A DNA stretch of 64,000 bases, taken from the NCBI RefSeq assembly GCF_001194135.2, contig NC_068997.1:30614922-30678921 (forward strand). Direction: 5' to 3'. The notes beneath the pieces were generated by a model. The model ran no database searches and had not been told where the DNA came from. It saw only the letters and a list, made by a program, of their open reading frames with translations. Source of the DNA: Octopus bimaculoides (Eukaryota). Below are positions 51,241 to 61,039 of the stretch, piece after piece. Numbering within the stretch: the first letter of the stretch is position 1; every line of letters begins with the position of its first letter. Made by a program: the position numbers and the translations under genes.

Positions 51241-51494
51241 CTGGTTTTAGCTTCAGGGTTTTAGGGTTCGGGTTAGGGTTCGGGGGTTAGGGTTCTGGTT
51301 TTAGAGTTAGGGTTCGGGTTTTAGGCTTAGGGAGAAGGTTTTAGAGTTAGGATTAGGGTTTTAGGCTTAGGGAGAAGGTTTTAGAGTTAGGATTAGGGTT
51401 GGGTTAGGATTAGGGTGTTAGGGTTAGAGTTTTAGGGTTAGGATTTTAGGGTTAGGGTTTTAGGGTTAGGGCTAGGATTTTAGGCTTAGAGTTA
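51241..51494 (+). repeat. Degenerate telomere-like (TTAGGG)n interstitial tract
   Basis: TTAGGG mixed with TTCGGG, TTTTAGGG, TTAGAG, TTAGGA, TTAGGC; exact 40-bp duplication 51321-51360 = 51361-51400. Confidence 0.85.
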
Positions 51495-52194
51495 CGGGAA
51501 AATGTGAAAAATGAAGAAATTAGAGGGGGAGGAGGGCAAAAATGTCTTTCCGAAAATAGTAGCTGAAAAACAGGAAAAAAAAACTAAAACTAGTAGAAAT
51601 GCATGAACGATTCTGGTGGTGCCATGAAGTAAACATGCTTCAGATACACTCGTTTATTCATACAAACGTAACTGAGATGAAATATGTCATAAATAACAGT
51701 GACAAAGGAAATATATACCACCGGAAGTTGTTGTTGACAAACAACAGTAGTAATTTTATTCAGCTGAATGCACGTCATTGATTGGCTGAAATTACCGAAA
51801 TACGACAATTTTAACACGAAATAACTTTGAAAATACAAATTTTTCTCAACAGCACTAAGAGTAAAAGATGTTTTATATGACACATTCTACCATTGTCCGA
51901 AGTTTGAAAGTGTTTAGTTACAAAAAATTAATTTCTCGATGTGTCGTTCAAAGGGTAAAGATCCATGATTATTCCTTTAGTCTTTTCCGGATATTTTCCT
52001 GGCAGCAGCTTTACATTTATTATCGATTTATATTTTACAATCTTTTTCTCTATTTCTGTACTGTTGGTATACGTGACCAAATATGCCACGTTCATCTCTT
52101 CCTTTTCACTTCTGCTTGCTTCGGCTCCCGCCCTGATCTGTCCGGGCGTGCAGAAACATCATAACCAATATCACGCTAAATTTCAATGAGTAAC

Positions 52195-52390
52195 ATACTT
52201 GTCAAAGGAAGACGCACGTGTATTTGTTTATGTTTCTGAAAAAGATCGCCGCTTTACGTAAAGATCTTTTTATTTTTTTATATATGTGGGGTAAGGGGAA
52301 AGGGGATCGTTTGAAGTCGGCGTAAAAGCGAAAGAGACAGAGAGAGCACGATTGGATCTGAGAAGTTCTTATGAAGTTGGCGTGCCGTGT
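52195..52390 (-). repeat. Dispersed repeat, inverted homolog at about 54630-54830
   Basis: cacgccaacttca..aacttc.cagatccaa..g.gctctctct..tct..ttcgcttt..c.ccgacttcaaa.gatcccctt shared. Confidence 0.7.
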
Positions 52391-52552
52391 AAGTGTGTTT
52401 GATGGGATGTGCGAGACGGAAAGTGTGATGTGTATGTGAAGTTCTTTTGTTAGTGTGCGAGAAGAGACAGAGAGAGTAATGTTGCTGGTGTATTTGTATG
52501 TGAGAGAGAAAGAAAGAGAGAAAACTGAAATTTTTATATTCACTGTTTGTAG

Positions 52553-52668
52553 TGAGTGAATGTGTGAGTGATTGACAGAGTAAAAAAAGAGAGAGAGAGA
52601 GAGGTTATGTATATATGTATGAATGGCTTCANNNNNNNNNNATGTATATATGTATGAATGGCTTCAGT

Positions 52669-52704
<36 letters not shown>

Positions 52705-52945
52705 TACACAAAACATACGTACACCTATTGCATTCATGTTTTTTGTACGCAAACATGTTCATGTGCGTGTGTATTTACTTTTTTAAGTGAGTGAACATGT
52801 GAGTGATTGACAGAGAAAAAGAGCGAGAGAGGTTATGTATGTATGTGTGTGAATGGCTTCATACACACACACATACACACACACACACACAAACACATAC
52901 CTACGTACACCTATTGCATACATTTTTTTGTACGTATGCATGTGC
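52553..52945. repeat. Tandem duplication of a microsatellite-rich unit (about 52553-52787 and 52788-52945), spanning a 10-N gap
   Basis: gtgagtgaa..tgtgagtgattgacagag..gaggttatgtat..gaatggcttca..(CA)n..tacgtacacctattgcat repeated. Confidence 0.7.
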
Positions 52946-53745
52946 AAGGAAGGAATGAAGCCAGTATGCTCCGCTGGATGTGTAATGTCAGTGTACATAC
53001 ACGACAGAGTGTAAGCGCCCTGAGAGAAAAGTTGGACTTAAGAAGCATCAGATGTGGTGTGCAAGAGAGACAACTGCGTTGGTATGGACATGTGTTGCGA
53101 ATGGATGAGGACAGCTGTGTGAAAAAGTGTCATAACCTAGCAGTTGAGGGATCCTGTGAAAGAGGTAGACCCAAGAAGACCTAAGATGAGGTGGTAAAGC
53201 ACGACCTTCGAACATTGGGCTTCACATTGGGCTGTGCTTGAGAAAACCCGGTAAGCCAAGTGAGACCATAAGTCGTGGCCTATGATAGTGGTGTGCAACC
53301 AGCCCACTTATGTGTACCTTTCATTCATTGGAGTATAAACTTTCTTTGCGAAGACCTATTGAGGCAAGTGAAATCAAAATCACTGACGTGGCTGATGACT
53401 TCCACATGATTGGCACCCGGGCCAGTGGAATGTTAAAAACACCATCCAAGCGAGATCGTTTCCAGGGCCGCTGCCTGGCTCCTGTGCCGGTGGCACGTAA
53501 AAAGAACCATTCAAGTGTGATCTTTGCCAGCGTCGCCTTACTGGCACCTGTGCCGGTGGCACATGAAGAACAAGAGTCGAGCGTGGTCGTTGTCAGTGCT
53601 ACCTGACTAGCCCTCGTGCCAGTGGAACATAAAAAGCACCCACTACACTCTCAGAGTGGTTGGTGTTAGGAAGGGCATCCAGCTGTAGAAACCTCCAGAT
53701 CAGATTGGAGACTGGAAAGTGGACGTTAAATGACGATGATGATTA
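52946..53745 (+). mobile_element. RTE LINE 3' end with UTR and (GAT)n tail
   Basis: NEASMLRWMCNV..RLRWYGHVLRMDEDSCVKKC..RGRPKKT; tail ggacgttaaatgacgatgatgatt. Confidence 0.88.
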
Positions 53746-53888
53746 TATGTATACANNNNNNNNNNNNNNNNNNNNNNNNNNNNNNNNNNNNNNNNNNNNN
53801 NNNNNNNNNNNNNNNNNNNNNNNNNNNNNNNNNNNNNNNNNNTATATATATATATTATATGTGGAAATATATATATATATATATATAT

Positions 53889-54073
53889 GGGAGAATTTAC
53901 GAAAAAAACAACAGACGAAGACAGGTGGTGTAAACAACAAATGGATGTATTAGTTTAACGCTCGGGAATAGAGAAAGTCTTTGACGTTTTGAGCTACGCT
54001 CTTCACCTGAAAGGAATACAGAAAAAATTAAGGAGAGAAAGAAGGAGAAAAAAATAAATGTAGCGGTCAGCGA
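53889..54073 (-). mobile_element. Small repeat with decayed hammerhead-like motif at 53979-54013
   Basis: Minus strand CTTT-CAGGTGA-A-GAGC gta GCTC-AAAA-CGT-C-AAAG; hammerhead topology with three core mismatches. Confidence 0.4.
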
Positions 54074-54471
54074 TCTATACATAATAAATACACACACACA
54101 TGTCCATTTCTTATATCTTTCAATTTCTGCTCTCTGAAAATAAAATTTTTACGGATAAAACTGCTTACAAAAATTGCGATTAAGGTATAATTTATTTCTA
54201 TGTTCATAATTAAATAAATCTTTTAATGATTAGACATACATCCAATAGAATAGCTCTCACAAACAGACTATGTACAAATTCTTTCTTCACAACTCCTGAA
54301 GCCATTTTCTGACAGGAGGGGGGGGGGAAATCTTCATACAGCTGGAGGCTCCAATCGAAACGGGACACGAAATGATCAGGTTGAGAAACGCTCTTATAGA
54401 TTATGTCTAACCGAAAACAATCACAGCCACATCATCCAAACAGACCGGGTGAAACCGAGTTTAGCTGCTAG
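54074..54471 (+). mobile_element. Probable non-autonomous Helitron
   Basis: 5' A|TCTATACATAATAAA; 3' CCGGGTGAAACCGAG hairpin-like motif then gctgCTAG|T; A-T insertion site without TSD. Confidence 0.55.
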
Positions 54472-54924
54472 TATACATATATATATGTACATCTATAAAT
54501 AAATGTGTGTGTGTGCGTATGTGTGTATAAATATATATTTATGTATGTATAAATATGCACACACACATACACGCACACACATACACACACACACATACAC
54601 GCACGCACATACACACATCAATACTTCCGCTTCACGCCAACTTCAATAAACTTCCCTGATCCAACCGAGCTCTCTCTCTATCTCCTTCGCTTTCACACCG
54701 ACTTCAAAAGATCCCCTTTCCTCACAACCCCATATGTAAAAAAATACATTTTTTTACGGAAACCAACGATCATCTTCACAAATGTAAATAAACACACCTG
54801 CTTTATAAGTGACAGTCGTGTGACTAGTATCGTAAGATCGCAAAAAAAAAGAGTAATCCAGTTTTGAAGGAAAACATGCACTGTTACGTGCAGTATGCCT
54901 CTCTTTCTGGCTGGATGGCCTCAT

Positions 54925-57830
54925 ATAAAACTTGGATATGTTTCAACCAAAGATTGGTCCAGGCCATGTCTCACTAATAGCACCACCTGATAGGATTATC
55001 TAAATCCTTTTAAGTCAAGTTTTGTTTATGGTCCATTCAAGCAGTGAATTCTTGTTGAGTGAGTTGTGTCCAGGTATGGGTGGCTTATCTGGTATTCCTT
55101 GAAGAAATCTGTCCAGACTTCGTTTAAAGGTGATGGGATCCTTTTCCTCTTTGATCAGTTTTGGGACAATATTAAACAGGGCAGGGCCTGTTGAGAAAAA
55201 GAAATTATGTCGCAGTGTACCTATATGTCGTGATCCTGAATTGAGCAGGGGACGTATGGCCCGTGGTCCCAGCCTTGGATGAACCTTGAAACTAATGTTC
55301 AGGTCGTTTGGGCAATGCTGGCGGTATATTCTCCACATCGTACAAATGATGTACCGCTCGCGGCGGCGCTGGAGAGAGTAGAGTTTCAGGGCTTTAAGGC
55401 CGTCCAAGTAATCGAGATCAGTCATGCCTTCAATTTGTTTAGTGAGTGCGCTCTGGGGTGATACAATTTACGAGATGTTTTGCTTTGTATGGGGAGACCA
55501 CAAGGGGAAGCAGTATTCGAGGTGTGGCCGTACAATGGAGGAGAAAAGTGGAATGATGACACCTTGTTCTCTGCCACGGAAGGTTCTTAAAATCCAGGAG
55601 CTCATCCTACAAGCTATATCGACCTCATTGTTGATGTGGGCACTCCAACTGAGATTGCTATCAACAATTACCCCTAGGTCTCTGATATTATTAGATACTG
55701 TGAGTGGTTCCCCTGAAGGAAGAGAATATGGCTGTTTTAGTATAGACTTCTTCAAAAATGCATTAGCTCAAATTTTCCCTCGCTTAGTTGCATTTTGCTT
55801 TTGTCTGCCCATTGATTCACAACATATATATCAGACTGGAGTTGAATTCGGTCTTCTTCTACATTAATGATTTGCTGGAGCTTAGTGTCATCAACAAATA
55901 TTTTCACTTTGCAGTGATTTACGACGCTGGAAAAGTCGTTTATGTAAATTATAAAGTGGAGCAGGCCCAAGACAGTCCCCTAAGGGACACCACTGGTGAC
56001 TTTTGCTGGACTTGAATGGACTCCGTCGATCACAACGTGTGTTCTATTCACCAGGAAATACTTAATCCAATGTAGAAGTTTTCCACGGATTCCAACACTT
56101 GCCAATTTTGAGAGTAAGATATTATGGTCAACCCTGTCGAACGCTTTACTGAAGTCAAGATATATGACATCAGAGTTCAAACCTGTTCCCAAGGCTTTAA
56201 GTATATCTTCAATGTGGTGTAAGAGCTGTGTTAAAAAGTCCCTGCCACAGCGAAAGCTATGCTGATTTGCATTTAGGAGCTTGTGGATCTCCAGGGAGTC
56301 AGCTTATCCTTGATCTTACCACTCTTTCAAACACTTTAATAATGTGGGAGGTGAGTGAGATTAGGCGATAGTTGACTGCGAGAGATCTGTTTCCCTGTTT
56401 GAAAACCGGGATGACAGACTGGGATAGGAGCTGTTTCGGTATATAACCTGGGTCTAAAGAATTCCTCCAGACGTTGGTCAGAGGGACTGCAAGTTGGTGT
56501 CTACATTCCTTCAGGAGACTAGCGGGTAATCTGTCAGGGCCTACAGCAGAATAGTATTTTTAATCTCATTTATTTCTGCTATGATATCAGAGGCAGTGAA
56601 GGTTATGTCCGAGATTTTATGTTGGGAATCAACTTTGTTCGCTTTCCTTACGTCAATATCAGTGGGATCACTAAAGACAGAGCAGTATTGTTTCTGCAGT
56701 ATTTCTGCCATTTCTTTAGCATCGTGTTGGGAAATGCCGTTATCATCGATCAATGGCGCAATGGGTGAGCCAGTGGTTCTATGCTTTTTGCATAAGAATA
56801 GAACGATTTGGGGTTCTGTTTGATGTTTTTGATTACCCACTGTTCCTCCGCATCTCTTTGGTTTTCAATGAAGATTTTCATGTCAGTCTGCAGATGAAGT
56901 TTTTCCAACTCCAGCCTTTTTATTGTTGTTGAAATGTGGTTGTATGTGGGCGTATTTTAATTGGTTGATTTTTTTTATTGAGTCTTTTGATGCACCCGAT
57001 GAGTGTTCTTTTCTTTCTAGGGAGCTGGTTTCTGTTTGTGTTAGTGGATTTCGTAGAAGCGTGTTTTGAGCATGTATATTGACAATGTTCTCAAAGTGCT
57101 GCCATGCATTCTCAATGTGAGTGGAACTGAAAGAGAAAGACCAGTCACTGAAGGACAAATCCTTTCTGATTGCTCCCCAGATTTGTGGAAGTTTATATTG
57201 TCAAATGAGTGCCATGGAGTGGGATTGGCTGGTTTGGTTTTGATATGCAGGGAACTAAAATTGCAGAGTATCATGTCGTGGTCTGAGAGGAGAGTCTTTT
57301 CAACTGAAATACTGTGAACGGAGCTAGAGTAGTTGGTTAATATTAGATCCAAGATCATTTTATTCTGTCTTGTTGGTTCGAGCACTAGCTGAGTCAGGAA
57401 GAATTTGTCCATTAGATTAAAGAGTAATTCTGCTGCTGCTTTATCTGATATAGAACATTTGCCTAACTTCAGAGGATTTGTAGGCCAGTTTATATGAGGG
57501 AGGTTAAAATCACCCATCACTAGTATGTTTCCAGAGTTGTATTTTTGAAAGAAAGACTTGGTTTTGTTGAGGCACTCTTCAAAGCACTTTAGAGGTGCTT
57601 GGGGAGGCCTGTATAGACCGACGATGATTATGTCTTTGGCCTTGTTGAATAGTGATATAGATTCACAATAGCCATTGGAAAATACGTCCTTGGCATCAGC
57701 TGAAAAGGAGTGATGGAGAAAGATGGCTGTCTCCCCTTTGTTTTTGTCTATGCGATCTGCATGGACGATGGTCAAATCTTTTATTTTCACCACAGCATCC
57801 ACATGTGTGCTGTTTAGGTGAGTTTCAGTA
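54925..57830 (-). mobile_element. CR1/L2-like LINE ORF2 (endonuclease and RT) with 3' UTR, frameshifted
   Basis: IIIVGLYRPP, ILVMGDFNLP, LDLILTN, LSDHDMI; YLDFSKAFDRVDH, SGVP, FVDDTK, IVRPHLEYCFPLWSP, LYSLQRRRERY. Confidence 0.95.
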
Positions 57831-58006
57831 CATGTAGCTCTGAGATGCGGGAATGCAGTTGGAGAGAGAAACAGAAAGGAACAAACGCAGTCGGAGAGAA
57901 AGACAGACAGGAATAAAAGGCAGTCGGAGATAGGGACAGACAGATGCAGTCTGACAGAGACTAACAGGGGCAGAGAGAGAGATACTCGGAACGAGAGATG
58001 GACAAC

Positions 58007-58764
58007 TGTAGCGAATTGGCAAGTGAATATAGTGGGATATTGCGGTTAACCAGGTTTTGCCGAAGTTGCAGAGGTAGAGTAAAGAACTTTGTTGCCGGTA
58101 AATGTTTTTTTTGTTTTTGTTTTAAAAGAAAACGTGCTCTGTGCTGTTAAATGTGTTTTAAAAAGAAAAGAAAGAGGAAAAGAATTTTGAGTTGTTAATT
58201 GGTTTTTAAAAGAAACGGAAAAGAAAGAGAAAAAAACTGTGCTGTTAAATGTTTGAAAAGAAACAAAAAGAACTGTGTTGTTAAATGTTTTAGAATAAAA
58301 GAAAAAGAAACGAACTGTGTTATAAATGTTTGAAAAAAAAAAGAGAAAAAACTGTGTTACTAAATGTTTGAAAATAAAAAAAAAGAGAACTGTGTCGTTA
58401 AATGTTTTAGAAGAAAACGAACTTTGTGATGTTAAATGTTTTAAAAGAAGAGGAAAAAAAGAAAAGAACTTCGTATTGTTAAATTGCATTTTTTAAAGGA
58501 ACGGAAAAAAAGAACTTTCGAAAGAACTGTCGTTGTTGTTGAATGTTTAAATGTATTTAAAAAAGTTACTTTGACTACGCAATGTTTTGTGTGTTTTTGT
58601 TGTTGTTGGCGGCTCAACTGGCTTCGTTTCGCTGCTTCACCGTCCGGAGCGGGTTTCTGATTTACTGAGCGTTGTCACTCGCGTGCTTCTCTGGGCCAGC
58701 AAACTGCGGATTGTTTGTGTGGGGATCCGTGGTGGCATCGGAAGTCCGTGTGTGGCGTAAAAAC
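58007..58764 (+). mobile_element. Probable 5' LTR containing an AT-rich 35-50 bp tandem array (about 58100-58560)
   Basis: Starts TGTAGCG; ends directly before the PBS; about 10 units of aaagaactgtg..gttaaatgttt. No 3' LTR available for confirmation. Confidence 0.55.
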
Positions 58765-58782
58765 TGGTGTCAGAAGTGGGAT
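58765..58782 (+). other. Primer binding site complementary to the tRNA-Leu 3' end
   Basis: TGGTGTCAGAAGTGGGAT, the reverse complement of ...AUCCCACUUCUGACACCA (tRNA-Leu-CAA-type 3' end, from memory). Confidence 0.75.
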
Positions 58783-61000
58783 ATTCATTGCTGCAGTGAG
58801 TCTGTTATGCACTATGGCCTCGAAGAGAACACGTATGAGGGGCCAGACAAGGAAGGAAGAAATATCCCTGGCTACAGTTGTGCAAATGTTAAAAGAGCAG
58901 AAAACGCAGCTGGAAACGTTTATGGGAAGAATGGAGAAAGGGCAACAGTGGTTGTGGGAAAATCACCAAGAGTTTAAGGATGGAGAAGGGTCTGCTTTTA
59001 AGGGTGAGTGCTGGATATGTGGTAAAAAAAGGACACATGAGCTACAACTGCCCAACAAGAGCGAAGGAAAGAGTAATGGAAAATAAAGTGAGCTGGAGAA
59101 ACTTTGTGCTACCGAGCCTAAGGTTGCTGAGCCTGAAGTAGTAGCTGTTGCCGTTCCATATCGTAATGCTCCAACGTCTGGGCTCGCGTCTCCTGAGATT
59201 CAGGGTAGCTGCATAGTCTCCATTAGGAAGAAGCCACAGGCGTCGATTGCTTGTCAGCTGGACTTGCGTTCCATGAAGCTTTCGGTGCAGGAAAGACCAG
59301 TCCCTGTTTAGGTGGTAGAGTGGACCACGCCTGGTAGCGAGGTAAAAGCGCTACGGACGACAGTAATACCACCGAGATCGGAAAAACTGCTCCAGTATCG
59401 TGTGAGCGACCAGTTTGATGGCTACCTGGGGCTGGTAGAGCCCGACAAACGACGCAAGATGAAAGCTGGAGTGACAGTCGGAGAACCCTGGTGGAGGCAG
59501 GAGCTGATGAAGCGCTGGTTGTGACAGCCAGTTTCTCGAGAGTGGCACTGAAGAATTGTAAAGGACAAATTGTGGGACTGTGCCAGGCAGTGGAACAGTG
59601 ACAGGGTCAGTTGCGTCACTGCAGGAGGGTAGTTGAAAGGGGTGGTGGTCTGCCTGTGCACTTACAGGATCAGTTCGCACGGAGTCGCCAGTGCTTAGAT
59701 GGTGCTCAGGTGTTATAGTTAAGGCAGCTGCTAGTGAGGTGTGCTAATGTGTTCTCTGCAGGAGATCTTGACCTTGGTTGTAAGGACCTGGTGGAACACC
59801 ATATCGACACGGGCGACCATCGCCTGATCAAGCGGCCAGCTCGGAGGATGGCCTCAGTTCAACGATGGACATTTGAGGAAGTGGTGGAGGAATATCAACA
59901 ACAGGGAGTAGTGGCGAAGTCGAACAGTCCCTGGTCATCAGCAATTGTTTTAGTGTGGAAGAAAGACGGTACAGTGAGATGCTGCGTGGATTATAGAGCG
60001 CTAAATGAAGTGACAGTGAAGGATTGGCCGATTCTTACTTGTGTAAAGGAGTTGAGGAGTTTCCTAGGACTGTGCACCTATTACAGGTGCTTTGTAAGAG
60101 GCTGTGCGACAGTGGCTGCATCGTTGCACAGGCTACTGGGGAAGAGCCAAACGCTTGAGTGGACTGTCATATTACAGGGCGCTTTTGACGGACTCAAAAA
60201 GGCGTTAGTGAGTTCTCCATATTACAGTAAAAAGCTTAACCCACCTACGCGAAACTATTGTGTAACCCGTAAGGAGCTTTTGGCGATGATGAAGAGCATT
60301 GACGTTTTTATCCGTACCTGTACGGTTTCCACTTTACCATCAGAACGGACCATGCAGCACTCAAGTGGCTGAGGACACTGTGGAACCCGGAGGGACAATT
60401 AGCACGCTGGCTAAGGAAACTAGACCAGCACAACTATGAGGTACAGCACTGTCCGGAACGGGTGCATGGTAATGCTGATAGCTTGAGTCGTCGTCTTTGT
60501 AAACTGGACTGCAAGCATTGTACAGGAAGGGAAGAGCACAGTAAGAAGTGCAACTGTGCTACAATGACTGGACGTGTGTCAACCGGAGAATTACAGAGGA
60601 GGCAGACGGGGGATACCGACTTAAGACCAGTGGCAGCGTGGCTACAGCAGAGAGCAGCGAGACTACTAGGGGAGGAACTGCCCAGGGAAACCTCCAGCTA
60701 TGTGAAACATCTGCAAGAGAGGTTGACTGAGGTACACCAGCAAGTTAGAGAAGCTCTGAAGTTTTCGGGTGAAGTGATGAAGCGTCGACATGGCACCAGG
60801 GATAGTGAGATCAACTTTAAGGAGGGTGATGAAGTGTGGTTTCATAACCCCCAGCGGAAGAAAGAGCAGTCACCGAAGCCACAGAGTCCATGGGAAGGAC
60901 CTTATACCTTGATGAATCGCCTGTTCGATGTGACGTACCGGATTCGAGGAGGCAGCAGCATTGGGTTCGTCAGTTTCCATTCAGTCTCCTTCGCTGATGT
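58783..61000 (+). mobile_element. Gypsy internal region with multiple internal deletions
   Basis: gag start and knuckle ECWICGK; RT start HHIDTGDH..SPWSSAIVLV.KKDG..CVDYRALN; ELRSFLGLCTYYR; RNase H NYCVTRKELL, TDHAAL; integrase tail WEGPY. YxDD and integrase core are absent. Confidence 0.9.
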
Positions 61001-61039
61001 TTGTGCCGAAAGTGACTTTGGAGTCCAAGTCGGTGAAAG

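Noticed and set aside
1439-53953. ORFs made of HT, YI, CV, SL or X runs in the ORF track
   Set aside because: Translations of (CA)n, (TA)n, (GA)n microsatellites and N-gaps.
58100-58560. Regularly spaced repeats that could suggest a CRISPR array
   Set aside because: Eukaryotic context, variable degenerate units without unique spacers, no cas genes; it is a minisatellite.
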